This document shows, piece by piece, positions 34,975-43,017 of a stretch of 43,017 bases of DNA. The notes below the pieces were generated by a model. That model was not told the DNA's origin. It searched no databases and saw nothing but the letters and a program-made list of their open reading frames with translations. This DNA comes from Enterobacteria phage phiJLA23. The position numbers were made by a program, and so were the translations under genes. The DNA lies in sequence record NC_047740.1. One strand, written 5' to 3'. Positions within the stretch are counted from its first letter, which is position 1; each line of letters starts with the position of its first letter.

Positions 34975-35448
34975 ATGGATTCAATTGACAAGCGTACTCT
35001 TAATGGTAACAACGGAACAATTCGCACAGAAGACAAGAAGCCGCGTAAGCGTCCATCAGGTTACTATGTACTAAAGGATGAAGTGAGAGCGGGATTAAGG
35101 GCGCGCCTTGAGATTGTATTGGACTTCTACGGCAGCAAGGCCAATCTAGCTAAGCAGCTAAAGGTTACGCGCCAGGCTGTAGAAGAATGGTGTAAGCGGG
35201 GAATGATTTCAGCTCGCGGCGCACAGCTTGCGCATAATCGATATAAGCGAACTGGCGAGGGGTTCAGGGCTACATTCTGCCGACCTGATTTACAGTTCGA
35301 CGGTAACGGCAAGCCTCTAACACTGCGATGCAAGAAGCGTCAGATGCTTCGAGTTGTTACAGAAGCTGAGTTAGCAACCAAGCCGCAGCGTAAATCATGG
35401 CGAAAGGTTAAGAAAGAAAGAGAAGAAGCACGAAAAGCTAAAGAGTAA
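34975..35448 (+). CDS. Putative HTH transcriptional regulator (Cro/YdaS-like)
   Basis: HTH-like segment SKANLAKQLKVTRQAVEEWCKRG; basic C-terminus; RBS gaggtgag; terminator 35454-35485 follows. Confidence 0.6.
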   Translation: MDSIDKRTLNGNNGTIRTEDKKPRKRPSGYYVLKDEVRAGLRARLEIVLDFYGSKANLAKQLKVTRQAVEEWCKRGMISARGAQLAHNRYKRTGEGFRATFCRPDLQFDGNGKPLTLRCKKRQMLRVVTEAELATKPQRKSWRKVKKEREEARKAKE

Positions 35449-35453
35449 AAATT

Positions 35454-35485
35454 AAGGTTGTGCCATAATCGGTACAACCTTTTTA
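35454..35485 (+). terminator. Rho-independent terminator (stem aaggttgt/acaacctt + T-run)
   Basis: 8-bp stem, T5 tract, after HTH gene stop. Confidence 0.6.
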
Positions 35486-35500
35486 TTGGATTAAATAAAA

Positions 35501-36424
35501 ATGAATTACGACAAGAATGAAGTAATACCTAAAATGGCTGGATTGTGGAAATCATTTTATGCAAAGGAGCTTGGTTGGAATGATAGACACCTTAGCAAGA
35601 AGCACGGGCCGTGCCCTTATTGCTTTGGTACTGACAGATTCAGGTTTACAGACGAAATAGGAAGCGAAAAAGGTAATGGGGCCGCAGTTTGCTCTAAGTG
35701 CGGCAGTGACTCAGGAATAGGCTGGGTTATGAAATGTTCCGGCCTTAGATTTGTGGAAGCTATAAATTTACTTGGCGACTGGCTTAATTTGACTCCCGTC
35801 GAAATCATAGTGAAGGCAAACAAAGCAGCGAGCCGAGTTCAGAGATATAACTTTGGCGCTCAGGCATCCATTGAATCAATCGAGAAGGTAATCTCTCGCA
35901 CCAAGTCTGTAGAAATGACACAGCTTACGAGATTTGAAGCAATTATTACTGAACGGGAATACAAAATAGGAATAAAGGGGTCTGGAGAAGAAATTATAGC
36001 CGAGCAATGCTTTATGGTTTACGAGGATGGTTTATCAGATGAGCCTTGTAACGTAAAGTTTATAGATGAAGAGGGTAATGAGTCATATCTCGCAAAAGAC
36101 TACACTCGCGGCTCGGTTGTTCCGGTAAGTAAATGTAGTGATGGCGCTATCTACCTCACTGTTGGCTGGATTAACGCACTACATGTATCGGCATGCACAA
36201 AAAGGACAACTTACGACTGCCTAACTCACCACAACTTAGAAATGGTTGCTTATGAACTCAGGAATAAAGAGTGCAGGATAGCTTGCTTAGCTGATGAAAA
36301 GGAGTCGCTTTATGTTGCTGATGATAGAGGTCTAAAAGTCGTAATACCTAAAGGTGGCAATTTCAAGATGGGGCTTGAAAGAAGGTTATATAACCCGCAA
36401 GATCTGATAGATAAGCATTCATAG
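35501..36424 (+). CDS. Putative DNA primase (zinc-binding N-terminus)
   Basis: Cys motif CPYCFG...CSKCGS typical of primase zinc-binding domains; adjacent to helicase/regulator. Confidence 0.5.
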   Translation: MNYDKNEVIPKMAGLWKSFYAKELGWNDRHLSKKHGPCPYCFGTDRFRFTDEIGSEKGNGAAVCSKCGSDSGIGWVMKCSGLRFVEAINLLGDWLNLTPVEIIVKANKAASRVQRYNFGAQASIESIEKVISRTKSVEMTQLTRFEAIITEREYKIGIKGSGEEIIAEQCFMVYEDGLSDEPCNVKFIDEEGNESYLAKDYTRGSVVPVSKCSDGAIYLTVGWINALHVSACTKRTTYDCLTHHNLEMVAYELRNKECRIACLADEKESLYVADDRGLKVVIPKGGNFKMGLERRLYNPQDLIDKHS

Positions 36425-36429
36425 CAATC

Positions 36430-36473
36430 ACCCTCTTCGGAGGGTTTTTTATTGCATTTAATCTGATACAATA
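36430..36473 (+). promoter_or_regulatory. Terminator hairpin (ccctcttcggaggg 36431-36444, T6) followed by TACAAT -10-like box (36467-36472) upstream of lateral tail fibre gene
   Basis: Same hairpin-then-TACAAT layout as upstream of small terminase. Confidence 0.5.
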
Positions 36474-36502
36474 GGTTTCATCTATCAAATAGGAGAAATA
36501 AC

Positions 36503-39220
36503 ATGGCAATTTATGACGCTGGAACTGCATCGCTTGCAGCTGACGGAACTGTAACTGGTGTTGGCACCACGTGGAGGCAACCACTAACGCTAATCCGAGT
36601 TGGCGCAACAATGATTTTTAACACCACCCCGACAAGCATTGTTACTATCGCTGAGATTTTAAGCGATACAGAGATTCGTGTATTCAATGATAAAGGTTTT
36701 ACTGCGCCAGCTGGGACTCAGTACTCAATCCTTGCTCATGACGGAATTACTGTCCAAGGTCTTGCTCAGGACGTTGCTGAGACACTTCGTTATTATCAGT
36801 CCCGTGAAACAGAGGTTGCAGCGGCAGTTGATGCTTTTAATCAATTTGATTCTGATTCTTTCCAGCAAAGCGTAAATAATGTCAACATGCAATCTCAGCA
36901 AGTTGCTGTTGATGCTGCTCAAGTTTCTTCTGACAAAGATCAGGTATCTTCTGATAGGCAGTTAGCTGAAAGTAGCGCTAACTCGGCTTCCTCTTCAGCT
37001 ACAATAGCAAGCTCTGCTGCGGCTTCTGTGTCATCTGCTCTTGTAGTTGATTTCTCAAATGGTGGAGAAATAAACTCAAGAACTCAGCCTGCAATTTACT
37101 TTAATGACAATCATGTTTCGGTTTATTACTGGTCTGGTAGCGTTCCAAAATCCATACCACAAAACTCATCACCACAGTCTACAGGTGGTATTGGAGTTGG
37201 TTTTTGGATTCAACAGGATTACACAAGAAGGTTTGAATCAGTATCAGCAATGACAAACTCTGCCAGAATTTATGACTTAGAGGTTGTCTATTGTGATTCT
37301 TACATTGGTGGTCTTGGTTATGGTGGTGGGTTCTTTGTTTGTAAGCCGGAGTCATCTTTATCATATGGATTATCTTCAGGATTGGTTTTTGAATCAAGTA
37401 CAGGTTATTACTGGGAAAGAATCTGTAGCGGGGAGCTGTCGCCTTGCGAACTTGGGGCCATTAAGTCATCGACATCAGACTCAACGACACAGATACAGCA
37501 AATCCTAGACTCCGGGCTGGCATTAAAGCTTGATAGCGACTACATGGCATCAAACCTGGTAATGAGAAATAAATCTTGCTCTATAATTGGTTTTGGCAAG
37601 CACAAGTCAAGAATAACTCAGCTTAGTTCATCAATTGGCTCTTTAATTGAGGTTTCTGATTCTTGCTCGCTCATTCATATTGAAGGTATTGCTCTTTACG
37701 GCACTGGAGCCCAGCAAGACACGGCGTTTACTGATGGTACTGCTGGGATTTACATCCCTACGCCGACTGGGTTATCAACCAATTACCCATTCAACACTGG
37801 TGCTGACCCTAGGAGGGACTTAACGATAAGAAACACTCACATTGCTGGGTTTGATGTTTACGGAATTTTCGTTGCTGCTGGTAACTACTCTCCTGTTCTT
37901 GATGATGTTCTTATTCAGCACATAAAAAAAGACGGATTGATTAACGAAACAACAGACTTCACATGGAATAACATACAGGTAAACACCTGTGGAAGAAATT
38001 GTCTAATACTTAGGAATGCCGGAAACTGTAGGATTGTTGGCGGTAAGTTTATTTGGTCGGGTTGGTCGGCTTATAATGAGCTTGATGATGCTTATGGCAT
38101 CCTGATTGATAACTGCCAAAACATCACCATGTCAGCTATAGAGGCGCAGGATTGCGGTGGTGACGGTGTTAGAATTGTAAACTCTAGAAATGTGGTATTT
38201 AATGGATTAAATAGTAACAGGAACAGCATAAACTCAAACTACAGAGATTATAACGTTTCGTTTTCAAATAGCTCTGTAAGAATCTATGGTTTTGTTGGGC
38301 TTAACTATGTATCTAACAATGGCGATGGAAGGCCAACTTCCGCTGGCAACTTCAGATTCCTTGACTCAAGATCTGATGTTGTGATCGATGGGGTTGTTGA
38401 ATCTGGTTACTTTGGCCCAAATTTCTCAGGGGACACTAACTATGTTGCTGAGTATTCAGGAAACCTGAAGATAAACGGACTGATAGACAAAAGGAAGACA
38501 AGAATTAAGCCAGCAAACGACACTTCAGCTTTTGATGGGGTCTCTAATACACCAGTATTCGCCGCAGCGGCATCATCAGTTGGGCAGCAATATTGGCTAA
38601 GGCTTTCACAGGCAAATAAAGATAAGATTATATGCACTGGATTTGACCCGTCACTAGGTTTCACCGCTACATGCAATATATCGCCGACCATAACTGTTGC
38701 TGAAGACTTTAACCTTATAGCTATAGGGACTGGTTTTGGAGTTAATAGTAATGCTCTTTACTTGCAGTATAACGTGATGGCATCAGGAGAACACAGTGTC
38801 TCATTGTTAATATCAGCATCAGGTGAAACAAGAGTTTTATCAGGTGTGTTGCCAGTCTCATCAAGAATGGTCAATGGTGGTACTTACAATATTGCTCTTG
38901 GTTTTGATGTATCTGGTAAGGTTTGGTGGAGCATCTTAAACCTGAATACTGGATTTAGAGTTAGAAGGTCATTTGATTCTCAGTATATAGATATTGATGT
39001 CAGACCTATACTAACAACAGCTGGTAACTATGTAACCATGTATTCAGGTCAAGGCGCTGGTGATGTAGCTTGCTCTGGATATGGCTTTGGTGTTTACGTT
39101 GGCAGCTATTCAGATGAGTCTGATTATTGCGCTTCAAGATACTATTCGCTTAAAGGTGGTGTTGATTTGACAAAACAATCAGTATTTTTGAGTTTGAATG
39201 GTGATGTAACGTCACAATAA
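36503..39220 (+). CDS. Lateral tail fibre / tailspike-like protein (predicted beta-helix, possible glycan-binding or depolymerase domain)
   Basis: 905 aa; conserved-looking N-terminal anchor, Ser/Ala-rich linker, long Asn/Gly/Ser-rich repetitive region typical of beta-helix fibres; RBS aggag. Confidence 0.7.
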   Translation: MAIYDAGTASLAADGTVTGVGTTWRQPLTLIRVGATMIFNTTPTSIVTIAEILSDTEIRVFNDKGFTAPAGTQYSILAHDGITVQGLAQDVAETLRYYQSRETEVAAAVDAFNQFDSDSFQQSVNNVNMQSQQVAVDAAQVSSDKDQVSSDRQLAESSANSASSSATIASSAAASVSSALVVDFSNGGEINSRTQPAIYFNDNHVSVYYWSGSVPKSIPQNSSPQSTGGIGVGFWIQQDYTRRFESVSAMTNSARIYDLEVVYCDSYIGGLGYGGGFFVCKPESSLSYGLSSGLVFESSTGYYWERICSGELSPCELGAIKSSTSDSTTQIQQILDSGLALKLDSDYMASNLVMRNKSCSIIGFGKHKSRITQLSSSIGSLIEVSDSCSLIHIEGIALYGTGAQQDTAFTDGTAGIYIPTPTGLSTNYPFNTGADPRRDLTIRNTHIAGFDVYGIFVAAGNYSPVLDDVLIQHIKKDGLINETTDFTWNNIQVNTCGRNCLILRNAGNCRIVGGKFIWSGWSAYNELDDAYGILIDNCQNITMSAIEAQDCGGDGVRIVNSRNVVFNGLNSNRNSINSNYRDYNVSFSNSSVRIYGFVGLNYVSNNGDGRPTSAGNFRFLDSRSDVVIDGVVESGYFGPNFSGDTNYVAEYSGNLKINGLIDKRKTRIKPANDTSAFDGVSNTPVFAAAASSVGQQYWLRLSQANKDKIICTGFDPSLGFTATCNISPTITVAEDFNLIAIGTGFGVNSNALYLQYNVMASGEHSVSLLISASGETRVLSGVLPVSSRMVNGGTYNIALGFDVSGKVWWSILNLNTGFRVRRSFDSQYIDIDVRPILTTAGNYVTMYSGQGAGDVACSGYGFGVYVGSYSDESDYCASRYYSLKGGVDLTKQSVFLSLNGDVTSQ

Positions 39221-39246
39221 AAAAGCCCCGAAAGGGGCTTTATCTT
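39221..39246. terminator. Bidirectional terminator (hairpin gccccgaaaggggc 39227-39240)
   Basis: Identical hairpin to 1571-1584; A-run upstream, T-rich downstream, between convergent genes. Confidence 0.7.
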
Positions 39247-39251
39247 TTGCA

Positions 39252-39680
39252 TTAAAACGGAATATCATCTTCATCACTAAATCGGCTTTGTTGCTGCGGC
39301 TGCTGTCTCTGTTGCTGTTGAGCTTGTTGTCGCTGCTGCTGCTGTTCTGATTCACCTCCTCGCTGACTAAACATCAATCGAGGATTCTGCAACTCAAGCG
39401 TAATATATGTCTTGCCATTATGTTCGCGCTCATTAACCGCTAATGAATCGCCGCTCACAGAGATAACTTTTCCTTCCTGAAATGCTTCGTCATACCAGCT
39501 AATTTGCGCCTCGCTAGCAAAGAAGGTAGCTCGATAATTACTATACTTACGCTCTCCATCTCGTGTTTTATAAGATTCGCTCATTTCGATAGCGTACATC
39601 TTCCAGTTACCCTTGGCGTTCTGACCATCTTTACTGAACAGCGTCTTACCAACCATATCTAAGAATTTGTCCCAATTCAT
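39252..39680 (-). CDS. Single-stranded DNA-binding protein (SSB)
   Basis: OB-fold-like N-terminus, Gln-rich linker, canonical acidic C-terminal tail ending DEDDIPF. Confidence 0.8.
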   Translation of the reverse strand: MNWDKFLDMVGKTLFSKDGQNAKGNWKMYAIEMSESYKTRDGERKYSNYRATFFASEAQISWYDEAFQEGKVISVSGDSLAVNEREHNGKTYITLELQNPRLMFSQRGGESEQQQQRQQAQQQQRQQPQQQSRFSDEDDIPF

Positions 39681-39721
39681 TTCATATCTCGTTTGATTTT
39701 GGGGCCGAAGCCCCGTTTAGT

Positions 39722-40369
39722 TTAGAACTGCTCGATTGATTGTGATTCTACTACTTCATTCGTTGCGTTTGCAACTTTTTTAGCGACTTCCTTTGGCTTA
39801 GCTGGGTTGAAGCCACTTGCGGAAGCCATTTTGATCTCTGCTTGTTTATCTATTATCGCTTTCTCTACTATACCCCACGTTGCCGTGTCAGCTTGTGATT
39901 TGCATGATTTGTAGATTTCGATAAGCTCTTCTCGAGTTTCTGCCTTCTCAATATCGCGCTTCCAGTCCTTGACGCTCTTAACTGCCATCTGCGCATCATC
40001 GTCAGACTGACTAATTCCCAAAGCCGCCGCTAGTGAGTAACGCCGAGCGTATGTAAATGCAGATCCTACTCCTTGCGGGTCTTTCTTAACTATTGGCATA
40101 ATCATGAAGAAGCTAACCCACTCGCCAGAAACGTGATAGAGAGTCGTCTCTACGTTAAGATTGTCAGTAGTTGATGTTTCTAACATGCTCTGCATAATCA
40201 TTAAGTCGTTATCATCAAGTGCTGGGATTACAGCCTCCAGCATGGAATCAAGTGTTGCGTATCTATTCTTTAGGTGACTGTTCTGCTTGTCTCTTGCCGC
40301 CTTCGCAAATCCTGTGCGAGCTTTAAATAGTGCCTGTAAAACTGTTTTGTTACTCTCTGAAGTCTTCAT
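39722..40369 (-). CDS. Erf-family single-strand annealing protein
   Basis: Motif GVGSAFTYARRYSLAAALGISQSDDD characteristic of the Erf family; adjacent to exonuclease and SSB. Confidence 0.7.
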   Translation of the reverse strand: MKTSESNKTVLQALFKARTGFAKAARDKQNSHLKNRYATLDSMLEAVIPALDDNDLMIMQSMLETSTTDNLNVETTLYHVSGEWVSFFMIMPIVKKDPQGVGSAFTYARRYSLAAALGISQSDDDAQMAVKSVKDWKRDIEKAETREELIEIYKSCKSQADTATWGIVEKAIIDKQAEIKMASASGFNPAKPKEVAKKVANATNEVVESQSIEQF

Positions 40370-40380
40370 TTCTATCTCTC

Positions 40381-40445
40381 TTTGTTGTCGATGAGGTAAC
40401 TATACCCCATCAATTTAATACCGTTTTAGCTATTCGTGCTATCTT
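40381..40445 (-). promoter_or_regulatory. Composite early promoter (variant palindrome TAGCA-N5-AGCTA 40427-40441, TATAGTTAC, leader CATCGACAACAAA)
   Basis: Same module; palindrome encodes ...STNS-stop of exonuclease gene. Confidence 0.45.
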
Positions 40446-41394
40446 CGTACTTCTTCATCTCATACTCAGGAACTTGCAGTTCCATCTCTGTTTCGCCAAA
40501 TCCGTAACCAGGCCAAATATCAAGTTTCTTGCATTGCTTGTATGTGGATAGGGCGCTCATGTATTGCAATCTACCAACCTTTAAGTGCTCTTTTGTTATC
40601 GTGTAGCACATTGGAAGGAATGGGCTTTTCTTTTCCTGGCAAAGAAGCTGAACAACAACTCGACGCTTCTCATTAAAGGCGCGAACAAACAAATCATGCT
40701 GAAGCGCCATTTTTAGCAAGTAACCATGCTTGAAGGCCAATCTCCCAAATCCAGATGGAGATGCGTCGCTAGTCGTCTTGTAGTCACGGATATAAACTAC
40801 ATCATCAACGACATCGACATGGTCAAGACGAACCTTAACGCCGCACTCGTTAATCTCACCGAAGATTGATAACTCTCGCTGAGCGGTTTTACTGTTCACT
40901 ATCGCATTGTATGCAGGAATGCCACACAGCACCTCTCGCATCGCATGTACTGTGTCAAAGTCTTTAGCTGATACAATCTCGCGACCGTTCGCTTTAACCT
41001 CGTTAGAGCGCTGAATATCCCACCATACGTTAAGTGATTCACCGCTCAGCGCCAGAATCTCCATTAATTCTGGATAATCCTTACCAGATGTTCCAGCAAT
41101 ACCCATCGACTTCAACCGAGTTGCCAAAGCAGTCTTGCTAGTAATCAGATCATCAAACTCTTCTTGCGCTGGCTGGCGATAGTAAGTCGCATCGAATACA
41201 GAGTTTTCAAGAATAACCGTGTGGGCTAATGTACCGAACTTTAAAGCCTTATTGCTATCATCATGCTCTGCAAACTTATAAGCAGCGGGGCAAGTTGAGA
41301 AGATGTGAGCCAGACCAGAGCCAGACACATGGTCTGACTCCTTGTGGTAGGCTTCGTTGGTTAACTCGTCGCTAGTGTAAACCTTGAAGCTCAT
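40426..41394 (-). CDS. PD-(D/E)xK-family recombination exonuclease (lambda Exo/YqaJ-like candidate)
   Basis: 322 aa with DxK-containing motif VVYIRDYKTT; adjacent to Erf and SSB. Confidence 0.6.
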   Translation of the reverse strand: MSFKVYTSDELTNEAYHKESDHVSGSGLAHIFSTCPAAYKFAEHDDSNKALKFGTLAHTVILENSVFDATYYRQPAQEEFDDLITSKTALATRLKSMGIAGTSGKDYPELMEILALSGESLNVWWDIQRSNEVKANGREIVSAKDFDTVHAMREVLCGIPAYNAIVNSKTAQRELSIFGEINECGVKVRLDHVDVVDDVVYIRDYKTTSDASPSGFGRLAFKHGYLLKMALQHDLFVRAFNEKRRVVVQLLCQEKKSPFLPMCYTITKEHLKVGRLQYMSALSTYKQCKKLDIWPGYGFGETEMELQVPEYEMKKYEDSTNS

Positions 41395-41397
41395 AAT

Positions 41398-41592
41398 TTA
41401 TTCCTTCACCTTAATAATCTTCATTACTGAACCAAGCTCCTCATCTGTCACGTGGGCGTATTCAATAGCTTCCTGCTTTGTATCAAATCTTGCCGCCTCT
41501 GATTTATTGCTTGTGTAACCTGAGCCATCTACACAGTAGTAACATGTGCCGAAAATAGGATTGTTTCGCTCTTGAATAATGAAGTATGCCAT
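41398..41592 (-). CDS. Hypothetical protein (64 aa, CxxC)
   Basis: ORF coupled to exonuclease gene; leader ACACAAACAAAGAGAGATATAGAA. Confidence 0.5.
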   Translation of the reverse strand: MAYFIIQERNNPIFGTCYYCVDGSGYTSNKSEAARFDTKQEAIEYAHVTDEELGSVMKIIKVKE

Positions 41593-41665
41593 TTCTATAT
41601 CTCTCTTTGTTTGTGTGGTTTAACTATGCCATCCGTGGCTAATTTTATCCAATTGGTTTTGCCTA

Positions 41666-42049
41666 TTATTTCAACTTAAGAATCTCGCTATTCTTATCAA
41701 CTAGATTAGCAATAAGCTCATCTTTAGCCTTTAACTTTTCGCAGGCAACCTCAAGCTGAGCCTGATATTTGTAAACCACCTCTTGAGAGTCATGGTAACG
41801 ATTTGACTCGAACTTAACATCGAAGTATTGCTCATCAAGTTCCGCAGGATTTCCACACTTATCCATGCTCTTAAACATGAACTTCTCAATCGCGTAATAG
41901 TTATCCTCAGCTCTGTGCTGCGCGGCTCTATTTAGCATCTCCCTTATNNCCCTTANTACGTGGTCATGTCGCTTTCCCGTGATCTCGGCAATTTCAAGGC
42001 TACTCATGGTNACGTTTTCATCAATATTAATCAGATTCATATCTATCAT
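41666..42049 (-). CDS. Rha-family phage regulatory protein
   Basis: Motif MSSLEIAEITGKRHDHVxRxIREML typical of Rha N-terminal domain; start taken at ATG 42049 (ORF track starts 42079 on GTG); Ns at 41945-42010. Confidence 0.65.
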   Translation of the reverse strand: MIDMNLINIDENXTMSSLEIAEITGKRHDHVXRXIREMLNRAAQHRAEDNYYAIEKFMFKSMDKCGNPAELDEQYFDVKFESNRYHDSQEVVYKYQAQLEVACEKLKAKDELIANLVDKNSEILKLK

Positions 42050-42079
42050 CTCTAGTTTTTGGGGTTGAATTATTTTCAC

Positions 42080-42185
42080 TCCCGGATTTTGTGGTGCATT
42101 TTTTGCATCAAAAGCAGCACCACTGCTGCCGGTGAGTGCACTATAACCAATCAGGAATCATGCTTTTTGATTATTCGTGCTATTT
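42080..42185 (-). promoter_or_regulatory. Promoter region for Rha gene with half-site copy (ATAGCAC) and TTATAGTGC -10-like box
   Basis: One palindrome arm only; variant of the composite module. Confidence 0.3.
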
Positions 42186-42304
42186 TGTATATAGCTGTAA
42201 AACTCACATAAATACGCTTTGATGCTCTGTACGCCGCATGAATGCTGAATGTAACCCTTGTAACCAATGTATCCACCAAATTTGCACCCTATCTATATAT
42301 ATAT

Positions 42305-42720
42305 GCATTTTCTCCTTAACAGGAAATCAAACATAGTATTTTAGTAAAACACAACAACATAGCTATAGAGAGTAGTTACAAGATATACATAGTAATATAT
42401 ATAATAATAATAATACTCTAAACCCTTATTATATAAGGATTTATAAATGTAACTAATGCGTATCTTCGCGTAAAAAGCGTATACAATTTTCAGCGGATGA
42501 GATTGTATACATCGAGTTACATCGGTTACGCGTATATAAAATAGCNNGTTTTNTAAAAAACANNACAGNAGNCTTTTCCTTTANTACCNCCATCAAAACA
42601 AAANATACTGACTAAGGAATAAAAAATGAANAACTTCATAAAATCAGCAATCATCGCAGCAGCAGAACTNATGACGGTAGNTTGTTTCTGGTGNNCNCCC
42701 CCTTGACGGNTGGTGGGGGC
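42305..42720. repeat. Contig wrap-around overlap, copy 2 (low-quality duplicate of ~42-470)
   Basis: Matches window start including lipoprotein 5' end; many Ns. Confidence 0.8.
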
Positions 42721-43017
42721 TNGTGGGGGGNGGTGNTGNGGTGNTTGNNTGGCGAAGGTGGTNAGGTAGGGTNATGGTGTGNGCTGTNGAGTTTGTTTAN
42801 TTCGTNTTGNGNNNGNTGNTTNNNAGNGTNGGTATGNGNTGGGACGGGTCGNGNNGCANNGTNNNGNGTNGANGNNNNGGNNGNNNGANNNNNNNNGNCN
42901 NNGNNNNNNANNGNNNANANNNTTNNNNNNNNANNNGNNNNCNNNGTANNGTATTTAGAATAGGAACGGAACGGCAGACAAGTAGGAAATTACAGTCGTG
43001 GTCGTTAGAGTTACCGG

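Noticed and set aside
42682-42963. 93-aa ORF composed mostly of X at the contig end
   Set aside because: Produced by a run of Ns in low-quality terminal sequence.
1-43017. CRISPR array
   Set aside because: Repeated elements are dispersed in intergenic regions at kilobase intervals, not a regularly spaced repeat-spacer array.
1-43017. Integrase, repressor or other lysogeny module; transposase or IS element
   Set aside because: No candidate recombinase or transposase ORF seen; a Rha-family regulator alone does not indicate a temperate lifestyle.

Overview
The window is a near-complete draft genome of a tailed enterobacterial-type siphovirus, about 42 kb unique, with lambda-like tail genes and a T1-like lysis cassette; family placement (T1/HK578-like) is inferred from gene content, not from a search. 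The contig wraps around: bases ~42-470 recur at ~42305-42720 in lower quality, and N-runs plus two tandem read-junction duplications mark it as a draft. A long minus-strand late block (21750 down to 1593) encodes small and large terminase, portal, Mu-F-like head protein, protease/scaffold, a collagen-like protein, major capsid, connector proteins, major tail protein, G/GT chaperones, tape measure, M, L, K, I and J. On the plus strand after J sit a lipoprotein and a candidate receptor-binding protein. The remainder is an early region of many short operons: Rha, exonuclease, Erf, SSB, lateral tail fibre, primase, an HTH regulator, SF2 helicase, VRR-NUC nuclease, the lysis cassette, a P-loop ATPase with a truncated paralog, and a tRNA-Arg(CCU). 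The most notable signal is a composite regulatory element present in at least 14 copies: a palindrome TAGCA-N5-TGCTA, usually followed by a small hairpin, a -10-like TATAGTTAC box and a conserved leader CATCGAAACGAAA before the RBS. No integrase, repressor module or CRISPR array was seen. All protein calls rest on motifs read by eye and on gene order.
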